Part shown: piece by piece, positions 1 through 7,973 of the stretch
Layout: each line of letters begins with the position of its first letter
How positions within the stretch are numbered: the first letter of the stretch is position 1
Assembly: GCA_002716355.1 (NCBI GenBank)
Contig: PBAU01000002.1
Span: forward strand, 22,411-86,410
Source: a bacterium
GTDB lineage: Bacteria > UBP7 > UBA6624
Reading direction: 5' to 3'
DNA length: 64,000 bases
The notes under the pieces: generated by a model
Databases searched by the model: none
Told to the model about the DNA's origin: nothing
The model's input: only the letters and a program-made list of their open reading frames with translations
Made by a program: the position numbers and the translations under genes

Positions 1-485
1 TAATTGCCTTGAACGTGCACCAAGAAACAAATGAAGAAGCTCAGTTATTGATTAAATTAAATAAAATTTTTGAACCAAAACAAACAATAGCAGTTAGCCC
101 TTTGGAGGAAACAAAATCGGACCTTTTAAGCGAACAGGTTTTACTTTGCGGATGGGCCCCATTGATAGCTTTATTGACTTATAAAAAACTTATAAAATCT
201 GGAATATCAAAAGAACTTGCATGGGAGGAGTGCACCAGAGAGGCAAGTTACATTTTTGAAACTCTGGCCAATCTTGGTCCAGATGGATTTTCTAAAAAAA
301 TTAGCTCTTTGGCATTGCGAGGTGGATACAAGGCTATGAAAAAATTCCCCATACGCGAATGGGACAGAATGATTGATAAAATGTATTCCGAAATTGATAA
401 TGGAAATATTTTCAAATCAACGAACACAAGCCTTCCGTCCGAATCGGAAGCTCAAAAATTTTGGGAGGAATTAAACAATGAATGA
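1..485 (+). CDS. Ketol-acid reductoisomerase-like protein, C-terminal part (5' end outside the window)
   Basis: The reading frame is open to the left edge of the window. The segment EETKSDLLSEQVLLCGWAPLIALL...SKELAWEECTREASYIFETL is colinear with the C-terminal helical domain of class I IlvC (recalled consensus ETDLFGEQAVLCGG...PEMAYFECLHELKLIVDL), though diverged. It overlaps the next gene, a LeuA-family synthase, by 8 nt. Confidence 0.5.
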   Translation, partial: IALNVHQETNEEAQLLIKLNKIFEPKQTIAVSPLEETKSDLLSEQVLLCGWAPLIALLTYKKLIKSGISKELAWEECTREASYIFETLANLGPDGFSKKISSLALRGGYKAMKKFPIREWDRMIDKMYSEIDNGNIFKSTNTSLPSESEAQKFWEELNNE

Positions 486-1836
486 TCTTTACATTGATCC
501 AAAAAAATATACCAATAAAAATAGTTTTCCAAATCCAAAAACAATAAAAGTCTACGACACAACCTTGCGTGATGGTGAACAAACCCCTGGTGTGGCATAT
601 TCTCCAGAACAAAAATACGAAGTGACAAAAATGCTTTCTGATACAGGTGTGCATATTATTGATATAGGCTTTCCGTTTGTGGCCCCATCAGAACGTCAAG
701 CGTTACAAAAAATTATTGCTGGCAAAAGAAATGGCGAGATAAGAAAAGACCTCGAAATCTTGGTGATGTGCAGGGCAAATAAAAATGATGTTGATGCAAC
801 ATTAAAAACATTAGAAAAAGTAGGTGCAGAGCCATCAGAAATAACTTTTTTGACCTTCACTTCTGCAAGTGATCTTCACATTAAAGTCAAGCTTGGACCA
901 ACTCTACTTAAAAGAGAGGGTAAAACCAGGTTCATTGAAGATGTGCAATGGTACAGGGAAGCTAATTGTAAAATGATGGAAGAAATTTGCTCTTATATTA
1001 AGTCCCATGGTGTAAAAAAAATAGAACTTGGTACAGAAGATGCAAGCAGATCAGATATCTCTTATTTAAAGGAGCTGATAGATCGCTCTGTCTCCAAAGG
1101 TGCAAACAGATACATATTTCCGGACACGACCGGATCACTAACACCCGAGTCAACAAGGTACTATGCTAGGGAGTTGAGAAAGGCGTTTCCTAAGCTTGCA
1201 ATGGTGAGTCATTTCCATAACGACTTCGATCTAGCAGCAATTAACACTATAGTGGCACTGCAAGAAGGTATGGAGGGTTTTAGTGTTTCCGTCAATGGAA
1301 TAGGTGAAAGAGCCGGTAATGCAGCATTACACAATGTGGCTGTAACATTAAAAGTGTTATACGGGATTCAAATCCCAAATTTCCGTTATGACAAATTGAA
1401 GGAGCTTTCTGAATTGGTTGAATCTTATTCAGGAATGCCAATTAGACCTAATGAACCAGCTGTAGGTAGGAATGTTTTTGCTCACGAATCCGGAATCCAC
1501 ACACATGGCATGCTTAAAGATCCTCAAACATATGAACCTATACCGCATGATTTACTTGGTGTTAAAACAAGGTTTGTCTACGGCAAACACACGGGTATGG
1601 CTTTGGTTGAAGACTTGTTCAAGAAGTATGCAAAAGATATATCAGATAAAAATATTGAAGTTACCAAAAGGTTAAAAACCAACGTACTTCAAAAAATAAA
1701 AGAAAAACGTGAAAAAATGGCAGAAAGAGAGGTTGCGTCTAAAGCCATAAATAAATATAGAAAAATACTAACTGAAATTGAACTTGATGAAAATGAAGTT
1801 TTAGAAATAATATACTCCTTAGGAGATGGAAAATGA
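478..1836 (+). CDS. 2-isopropylmalate / citramalate / homocitrate synthase family protein (DRE-TIM, HMGL-like)
   Basis: 452-aa ORF with VYDTTLRDGEQTPGV near the N-terminus, HFHNDFDLA, GIGERAGNA and FAHESGIHTHG motifs. The subfamily (LeuA, CimA or NifV) cannot be resolved by eye. Confidence 0.8.
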   Translation: MNDLYIDPKKYTNKNSFPNPKTIKVYDTTLRDGEQTPGVAYSPEQKYEVTKMLSDTGVHIIDIGFPFVAPSERQALQKIIAGKRNGEIRKDLEILVMCRANKNDVDATLKTLEKVGAEPSEITFLTFTSASDLHIKVKLGPTLLKREGKTRFIEDVQWYREANCKMMEEICSYIKSHGVKKIELGTEDASRSDISYLKELIDRSVSKGANRYIFPDTTGSLTPESTRYYARELRKAFPKLAMVSHFHNDFDLAAINTIVALQEGMEGFSVSVNGIGERAGNAALHNVAVTLKVLYGIQIPNFRYDKLKELSELVESYSGMPIRPNEPAVGRNVFAHESGIHTHGMLKDPQTYEPIPHDLLGVKTRFVYGKHTGMALVEDLFKKYAKDISDKNIEVTKRLKTNVLQKIKEKREKMAEREVASKAINKYRKILTEIELDENEVLEIIYSLGDGK

Positions 1837-3011
1837 TACATAAACTGAATGAGCCAGTTGCAATTATTGGAGCGAAAAGAACGCCTGTGGGTAAATTTGG
1901 TGGAGGCCTGGCGTCCTTGGCAGCAACCGAATTAGGCTCTATAGCGGCAAAAGCAGCAATAAAACAATCTGGTGTTGCATTACAAGACATATCTTTATCA
2001 ATTTTTGGTCAAGTGCTACAAGCTGGCTGCGGACAAAATCCAGCACGACAAGTCGCACTTGGTGCTGGCCTTCAAGAAAGTAGCATTGCTTTTACATTAA
2101 ACATGGTGTGTGGTAGTGGGCTAAAAGCAATACATACAGCAGCTCAATCCATAAGGGGAGGGGAGCATGATTTTGCAGTGGCAGGTGGTATTGAATCAAT
2201 GTCAAGATCTCCCTATTATTCAAAAAAAAGTCGTTGGGGTGTTGGGTATGGAAACATGTCCCTTGAAGATGGCATGCTTGTTGATGGCTTGACAGATGCA
2301 TATAGTAAAAAACATATGGGCGAAGCTGCTGAGTGGGTTGCTGAAACATACAAAATTTCAAGATCAGCAATGGATGAATATGCCTTAAACAGTCATAAAA
2401 AATCATTATCTAGTCGAAAAAAACTAAGACGTGAAATCATTCACGTGCACACTAGGAAAAAAAGTATAAATGAAGATGAGGGCCCCCGTGATACATCTAT
2501 TGAAAAACTTGAATCGCTAAAAGCTGTTTTTAAAAGGGATGGATCAGTAACTGCTGGAAACTCATCATCAATAAATGATGGTGGAGCAGCTGTTGTTTTG
2601 GCATCTAAAAAAACTGTTGAAGAAAGAGGTTTAAAGCCGTTATGCTGGATCAGAGATTCTGTTGATGGTGGAGTGAAGCCAGAACAGGTTCTCATGAGTC
2701 CTGTTTCTGTTTTCAAAAGGATGAGACTTACTTTTGGTTTAGGTGTGAAAGATTTTGATGTCATTGAAATAAATGAAGCGTTTTCGTGCCAGATGGTTGC
2801 CCTTCAGAGAGAATTGAAAATTAATCAAAATCAATTAAACCCTTTGGGTGGCGCTGTTGCCCTTGGACATCCTATTGGTTGCTCAGGTGGGAGAATTGCT
2901 GTTTCCCTGCCGTATCAACTGGAAAACTCGGCAAATGGCATGGGTTTTGCTGCGTTATGTCTGGGTGGCGGTAATGGTACGGGTTTGATTTTTCAGAGGA
3001 GTTTGAATTAA
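1833..3011 (+). CDS. Acetyl-CoA acetyltransferase (thiolase)
   Basis: 392 aa with RTPVGKFGGGL, the nucleophile region NMVCGSGLKA, and C-terminal GHPIGCSGGR and CLGGGNG. There is a 4-nt overlap with the upstream gene. Confidence 0.9.
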   Translation: MIHKLNEPVAIIGAKRTPVGKFGGGLASLAATELGSIAAKAAIKQSGVALQDISLSIFGQVLQAGCGQNPARQVALGAGLQESSIAFTLNMVCGSGLKAIHTAAQSIRGGEHDFAVAGGIESMSRSPYYSKKSRWGVGYGNMSLEDGMLVDGLTDAYSKKHMGEAAEWVAETYKISRSAMDEYALNSHKKSLSSRKKLRREIIHVHTRKKSINEDEGPRDTSIEKLESLKAVFKRDGSVTAGNSSSINDGGAAVVLASKKTVEERGLKPLCWIRDSVDGGVKPEQVLMSPVSVFKRMRLTFGLGVKDFDVIEINEAFSCQMVALQRELKINQNQLNPLGGAVALGHPIGCSGGRIAVSLPYQLENSANGMGFAALCLGGGNGTGLIFQRSLN

Positions 3012-3035
3012 TCTGTTAGAATTGCTCATTACGTA

Positions 3036-3176
3036 ATGAGTACATTAAGAACATATCAGCCTAAAAAAAGGCACAGAAAGCGTGTACATGGATTCAGAAA
3101 GAGAATGCTGCGCCCAGGTGGAAGAGCTGTTGTTAGAGCAAGAAGGCGTAAGGGCAGAGCCAGACTCACTCATTAA
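3036..3176 (+). CDS. rpmH: 50S ribosomal protein L34
   Basis: This ORF is too short to appear in the ORF track. ATG at 3036 translates to [46 protein letters not shown] followed by TAA at 3174-3176, a textbook L34 sequence. It sits directly upstream of rnpA, as in most bacteria. Confidence 0.95.
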   Translation: MSTLRTYQPKKRHRKRVHGFRKRMLRPGGRAVVRARRRKGRARLTH

Positions 3177-3177
3177 A

Positions 3178-3510
3178 TTGTCGAAAAGCTCTTTATGGAA
3201 CCACAGCCTTAAAGGATGGGCATACTTTAATCCTAGAAAAACTCGTAGAAAAACCATCAAGCTGCAAAAAAATGTGGATTTTTCATTATTGGAGCTAAAA
3301 ACTAAAGTACCAAAAATTGGTATTGTTCTGACGAAAAAATGTGGAAAAGCTGTTGTTAGAAACCGAACCAAGAGGCAGGTCAGAGCGTGGTTTTTAAAAA
3401 ACACAAGTCACCTCTCACCTAAAGCAAGAATATTGCGTTTCCATGGGGAGTCCGCAGGACCATTGACGGAAATTCTAAAATCCGTATCGAGACATTGGGA
3501 TGATAAGTAA
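3178..3510 (+). CDS. rnpA: Ribonuclease P protein component
   Basis: IGIVLTKKCGKAVVRNRTKRQVRAWF matches the RnpA RNR motif (KAVxRNRxKR). The track ORF begins at 3082 inside rpmH, so I trimmed it to the TTG at 3178 just after the rpmH stop. The exact start is uncertain. Confidence 0.8.
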   Translation: MSKSSLWNHSLKGWAYFNPRKTRRKTIKLQKNVDFSLLELKTKVPKIGIVLTKKCGKAVVRNRTKRQVRAWFLKNTSHLSPKARILRFHGESAGPLTEILKSVSRHWDDK

Positions 3511-3712
3511 AATTTTTATTTCTCTAATTAAGTGTTATAGAAAAAACATAAGTCACCTTTTTCCTCCATCGTGCCGTTTTTCTCCAACTTGTTCAAAATA
3601 TTGCCTTGAAGCATTTGAAAAATACAATCCAATAAAAGCTTTTGTTCTATCTTGTTCTAGAATTTTAAGATGTAACCCTTTGTGTAAGGGTGGGGATGAT
3701 CCTTTAACATGA
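3500..3712 (+). CDS. yidD: Membrane protein insertion efficiency factor YidD
   Basis: 70 aa with CRFSPTCSKYCLEA, the YidD signature CRFxPTCSxY. It lies between rnpA and yidC. Confidence 0.9.
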   Translation: MISKIFISLIKCYRKNISHLFPPSCRFSPTCSKYCLEAFEKYNPIKAFVLSCSRILRCNPLCKGGDDPLT

Positions 3713-4458
3713 CAGAGTCGTTAGCTAAAGCTTTTTTTGCATTAATTGAAATATTGCATTCATTCACAAATGCTTATGGCTTTGATTTAATAATATTGAC
3801 GATCATTGTAAAAACAGCTCTTTACCCATTAACAATGCAACAAATGCGTAATCAGAGGTTGATGCAGAAGATGGCACCAGAATTGAAGAAACTAGACCAT
3901 CTCAAAAACAAAAACCCTCAAGAGTATCAACAAAAAACAATGGATTTATACAAGAAATACAAGACAAACCCTTTGGCTGGGTGCTTGCCAATGTTTATCC
4001 AGTTTCCAATAATTATTGCATTGTTCAGAATGTTAAGAGATCACTCAATAAATAATGGGGTTTTTTTAACTGAAAATCTGTTTGGCGTAAACCTTGGGGC
4101 AACCCCAGTTGCAACAGTTGTGTCCCTTTCAGAGGCACAAAGGCTAACTGGCTCAACAGCTCTACCATCACCATGGGGGAATGACCCAACCTTTATTAGC
4201 TTTTATTGGCCAGCCTTAATTCTTTTAGCTTTCTACCTCGGGACAACAGTTCTTTATCAAAACCAAATGATGCCAGCAAAAAAGGAAGGTGAGGACAGCA
4301 TGCCTCAGCCTTTTAATCCAAAAATATTTACATTCATGATTTTAATTTGGGGATTATTTTTCCCAGCTGGTTTAATTTTTTACTTCATTGTTTTTAATGT
4401 TGTAAGCATTTTTCAAACAAAAATGATCTATAAAAAATTAGATGCAGAAAATGCTTAA
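3709..4458 (+). CDS. yidC: Membrane protein insertase YidC (short form, no large periplasmic domain)
   Basis: 249 aa with LYPLTMQQMRNQRLMQKMAPELKKL and LYKKYKTNPLAGCLPMFIQFPIIIALF, multiple TM segments, and conserved synteny after yidD. Confidence 0.85.
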   Translation: MTESLAKAFFALIEILHSFTNAYGFDLIILTIIVKTALYPLTMQQMRNQRLMQKMAPELKKLDHLKNKNPQEYQQKTMDLYKKYKTNPLAGCLPMFIQFPIIIALFRMLRDHSINNGVFLTENLFGVNLGATPVATVVSLSEAQRLTGSTALPSPWGNDPTFISFYWPALILLAFYLGTTVLYQNQMMPAKKEGEDSMPQPFNPKIFTFMILIWGLFFPAGLIFYFIVFNVVSIFQTKMIYKKLDAENA

Positions 4459-5326
4459 AAAAAACCAAAAAACTGACCAGGGCAAAAAAATTCATTATTT
4501 CTTCAGTGGTCCAACAGGTAGACTTGCTTGGATACTATTTGCATTATTTATCTTTCTGGCAATACCACAAAAAAACAAAACGGCCAAGTTAAGTATGGTT
4601 AAAAACGATTTAACTCTTTCTGAAAATTTTTACGAACTTCATATTTTTCCTGAAGAAAAAATGCTTGATCTTGATACTGGAAGTTTTGAAGAAGCTGTAA
4701 CAATGCTTGATTTTTTTCTTTCATATTCCGATTTATACAAAATAAAAATTGCATTGCCTGAAAATTATCAACTAATTGATGATTTAAGGTTGTTTTTAAT
4801 AAGTTTTGTTAACGAGGAAATTGAATTTGACTTCATTGAATACCCAGAAAAAGATTATGCTGCTGGGGGGTTTGTGCTGTGGACCGATTCAAAATCTACC
4901 TTTAACGAAAAGCTGTCTATCAAAAAATCCATGGAAAATCTTAAAGAAGAGGAGTACAGGTTGCTTGAATCAACCTGGTTAACCGCTGCACAAAAAACCA
5001 AAAGTCCCGTTTCGTCAATTCAAAATGGTTGGATTTTTATTGAGCACCCTTACAGAAATCCAAAAGAAGAATTTCTAATTATGGATAATGTTTCTTTTGT
5101 GGAGTTGGATATGGGTATTGATGCTGATTTTCTTAAAAAGAATAAACGAGTTTGGAAGGGCAGCATAAAGCCAAGTGCTTTAAGACTCATTATTGGTTCT
5201 TTCTGTTTTTCTTTTTGCAGTGATGGTGAGGTTATGCCTAATTTACCAATCGTGATTAAAATCACAAATGGCATGACAACTCATTGGTCTTCAGGGTACC
5301 CGCAACAAGGGTGGTTAAATCATTGA
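4442..5326 (+). CDS. Hypothetical membrane-anchored protein
   Basis: 294-aa ORF with one N-terminal TM segment (LAWILFALFIFLAI). It occupies the position after yidC where jag often sits, but I saw no KH or R3H motifs. Confidence 0.4.
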   Translation: MQKMLKKNQKTDQGKKIHYFFSGPTGRLAWILFALFIFLAIPQKNKTAKLSMVKNDLTLSENFYELHIFPEEKMLDLDTGSFEEAVTMLDFFLSYSDLYKIKIALPENYQLIDDLRLFLISFVNEEIEFDFIEYPEKDYAAGGFVLWTDSKSTFNEKLSIKKSMENLKEEEYRLLESTWLTAAQKTKSPVSSIQNGWIFIEHPYRNPKEEFLIMDNVSFVELDMGIDADFLKKNKRVWKGSIKPSALRLIIGSFCFSFCSDGEVMPNLPIVIKITNGMTTHWSSGYPQQGWLNH

Positions 5327-5979
5327 ACAGTCAAATTCTCTCTATAGATGGCCCTGCCGGTTCTGGAAAAACTACAGTTACAAAATGTTTGGCTGAAAAA
5401 ATTCAAGGCGCGTCCATAAGCAGTGGTCTTGTATATCGAGTTTTGGCTTTCATCTGCAATGAAGATTCGGAACTGGCTGAAACAATCCATAATGTAAATG
5501 ATTTTAAATCTGCCATCGAATGTTTAGGGTTTAAATTCCGGAACGGGTGCACGATTAAAAATTCAAAAAATCAAGACATTACTGAAATCTTCTATACAAA
5601 AACAATAGACCGAATCAGTAGCCGAATTGCAAAAAAGAAAGAGAATCGATTGATAGTGAGTGGTTTTCTTGCCTTTTTTGTTAAAGAATCATGGGCAAAA
5701 AATTTTGATACCATTATTATTGAGGGAAGGGACATAGGGTCTGTAGTTTTTCCCGACGCTAAATGGAAAATCTATCTTGATGCATCTGTAGAGGCAAGAG
5801 TGTTGAGGAGGAATCAAGAGCGTGATGGCGCTGGTGATGACATCTCAAAAAGAGACAGGTCTGACAAGGATCGAAAAAACAGTCCGCTTGTTGTCCCCTC
5901 TGGAGCATTAATTATTGATTCAACTAGCTTGAACCTTAAGGAAGTTATTGCGTTAATATTAGAACACATCCATGAATAA
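5284..5979 (+). CDS. cmk: Cytidylate kinase
   Basis: P-loop SIDGPAGSGKTT followed by a Cmk-like body (GRDIGSVVFPDA). The true start may lie a few codons downstream of 5284. Confidence 0.8.
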   Translation: MVFRVPATRVVKSLNSQILSIDGPAGSGKTTVTKCLAEKIQGASISSGLVYRVLAFICNEDSELAETIHNVNDFKSAIECLGFKFRNGCTIKNSKNQDITEIFYTKTIDRISSRIAKKKENRLIVSGFLAFFVKESWAKNFDTIIIEGRDIGSVVFPDAKWKIYLDASVEARVLRRNQERDGAGDDISKRDRSDKDRKNSPLVVPSGALIIDSTSLNLKEVIALILEHIHE

Positions 5980-6664
5980 AAACAAAAAATACCCGTTTAG
6001 CATTCCGTCATATTGGTTTGCTGTCAACATATGTAAATTTTTTTTATTTTGCTGCAATTCGTTTCGATTTACAAAAAAAGACAAATTCAAAAACAAAAAA
6101 CCTGTTATATTTGTTGCAAACCACACAAGTCATTTTGATCCACCACTAATAGTCAGTTCAAGAAAAAGGCCTGTAAGGTTTTTGGCGAAATCATCCTTAT
6201 TTAAGGGTTTGCTAGGAGCAGGTATGAAATCTTGGGGTCAAGTACCTGTTTATAGAACTGGAAAGATGGCAGGAATAAGCGTAATTAAAATTGCAATTGA
6301 TGTGGTATTAGCTGGATGGGATATTTGCCTGTTTGTAGAGGGTACGAGAAGCACAGACGGAATCTTTAAACCACATCGTGCTAAAACAGGAGCAGCGACC
6401 ATAGCACACAAATCAAAAGCTTTTGTTGTGCCTGTTGGAATCATTGGTTCACATAATGCCTTTCCAAAAGGAAGCAAATTGCCAAAAAGATGTCATTTAG
6501 ATATAGTTTTTGGTGATCCGATTGAAACTGAAGAATTCTTTAGCGGCAAGCTGAACTCTCAAACCGCCAAAGTGTTTACAGAAAAAATTGTCAGAAGCAT
6601 TGATGAGCTTTTGCCCGAAAATCAAAAAGCACTGTCAGAATCATGGAAAAGGTTTAAGGGTTAA
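5972..6664 (+). CDS. plsC: 1-acyl-sn-glycerol-3-phosphate acyltransferase
   Basis: Contains the HX4D acyltransferase motif (NHTSHFDP) and FVEGTRS. Confidence 0.8.
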   Translation: MNKNKKYPFSIPSYWFAVNICKFFLFCCNSFRFTKKDKFKNKKPVIFVANHTSHFDPPLIVSSRKRPVRFLAKSSLFKGLLGAGMKSWGQVPVYRTGKMAGISVIKIAIDVVLAGWDICLFVEGTRSTDGIFKPHRAKTGAATIAHKSKAFVVPVGIIGSHNAFPKGSKLPKRCHLDIVFGDPIETEEFFSGKLNSQTAKVFTEKIVRSIDELLPENQKALSESWKRFKG

Positions 6665-6675
6665 AATGCTCTTTT

Positions 6676-6748
6676 GCGCTCGTAGCTCAACTGGCAGAGC
6701 GTCGGCTTGCGGAGCCGAAGGTTGTAGGTTCAAGTCCTACCGGGCGTG
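6676..6748 (+). tRNA. tRNA-Arg, anticodon read as GCG
   Basis: Hand-folded cloverleaf of 73 nt. The acceptor stem is GCGCTCG/CGGGCGT (two G-U pairs), the D arm GCTC-AACTGGCA-GAGC, the anticodon stem TCGGC/GCCGA with loop TTGCGGA, and the T arm GTAGG-TTCAAGT-CCTAC. The discriminator is G and no CCA is encoded. Confidence 0.8.
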
Positions 6749-6765
6749 TATACACAACTGAACAA

Positions 6766-6838
6766 GCGCTCGTAGCTCAACAGGCAGAGCGAGGCCCTCC
6801 TAAGGCCTAGGCTAGAGGTTCGAGTCCTCTCGAGCGTG
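6766..6838 (+). tRNA. tRNA-Arg, anticodon CCT
   Basis: 73-nt cloverleaf. The acceptor stem is GCGCTCG/CGAGCGT, the anticodon stem AGGCC/GGCCT with loop CTCCTAA, and the T arm AGAGG-TTCGAGT-CCTCT. The first 26 nt differ from the neighbouring tRNA at a single position. Confidence 0.85.
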
Positions 6839-6839
6839 T

Positions 6840-7940
6840 TCAGTTAAGTATTTTTGATTCTGTTTTTGCAAAATGGAAACTTTTAGGCAAACCTAAAATT
6901 CCCAACATACGATTTCCACTTAAGGCATGTTGTAGTTGTTTGTAATTTTTATTTGATGGCTTTCTGTCAAACGCACCGTCAATTCTGGTGGGCTGACTTG
7001 GAATCTGATAGCCCTCTTCTCTAAATTCTGGAAACCACTCATTCGCTTTGTCCTTTAGAATTTTATGGATTCTTCTTTTAGCAAACATTGAACTGGCAAA
7101 CCATGCATCGTCAAACCAGGCACCCACAAAAACACGCCTACCTTCTTTTGCGGGTGAGTCTGAATCACCCATTCTCATACAGCCAACAATAAGGTTTTCA
7201 TCGATCGGAGCTGCTTCTGGTATTGCTTGAGATATATGAAACTCTCCTGAATGCTTTCCGTTAGCAGAACCGACAATTTGAACAAACCTTGATTGTGGCC
7301 AACCCATCTTTTTGCCTATCGCATCGGTAGAAATATTACAATTGCTGATATTGGCTTCATCAACTACAGATCCACCTGATGCCTTCCATAAACTTTCCAC
7401 TTCTGATCTCCATGTTTGAACATTAAGCATCATCCATGGTTTGATATCTTGCTTTAACAATTCAGCCACACCAGTTAATCTGTTTTCAGACGGTTGACTA
7501 GAGCCTGTTGCAACAAGCAATAATTGCATCCATTTTACCCAGTTTGAATTTTTATGTGTTTCAAACCTGTATTCCTTCATGGGTGGAAAAAAGGAAAAAC
7601 TTCTATCTAGTGGTATCCCGGCTTTTTGAGCCAGGTATTCAAGGGTGTGTTTATCCCAATCACGAGTTTGTGCAGCAACCAAAAGGTCAGAAATCTCTTC
7701 TGGAGAACCTTCAATCTCCTGAACTTTAGAGCAAAACTGAACCGGATCAGAACAGACATCAAGTGATTTGTCTCCAAGATGCAATTTTGTCTTGAGGTAT
7801 TGGTGTGCAATGCCAGTGGGTGGCGTTCCAAGAAAAACATAAGGCTCTTGTGGGTGCCTTGTTTTTTTTTCTTTGGTTTTTTTAAGCCAGAAGCCTGGCT
7901 TGTGTTTGGCAACGATGCTTTGAGCGGCATAAACCGCCAA
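6840..7940 (-). CDS. Hypothetical protein (366 aa), no family recognised
   Basis: Long uninterrupted ORF that begins 33 nt downstream of the SLH porin gene on the same strand. Its stop lies 1 nt from the 3' end of the convergent tRNA-Arg(CCT). I recognised no motifs. Confidence 0.5.
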   Translation of the reverse strand: MAVYAAQSIVAKHKPGFWLKKTKEKKTRHPQEPYVFLGTPPTGIAHQYLKTKLHLGDKSLDVCSDPVQFCSKVQEIEGSPEEISDLLVAAQTRDWDKHTLEYLAQKAGIPLDRSFSFFPPMKEYRFETHKNSNWVKWMQLLLVATGSSQPSENRLTGVAELLKQDIKPWMMLNVQTWRSEVESLWKASGGSVVDEANISNCNISTDAIGKKMGWPQSRFVQIVGSANGKHSGEFHISQAIPEAAPIDENLIVGCMRMGDSDSPAKEGRRVFVGAWFDDAWFASSMFAKRRIHKILKDKANEWFPEFREEGYQIPSQPTRIDGAFDRKPSNKNYKQLQHALSGNRMLGILGLPKSFHFAKTESKILN

Positions 7941-7973
7941 AGCATCATCACCCTGTATGTTTCTATTCAGGAA

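Noticed and set aside
3082-3177. N-terminal extension of the rnpA ORF.
   Set aside because: It overlaps rpmH in another frame. RnpA homology begins only after the rpmH stop.
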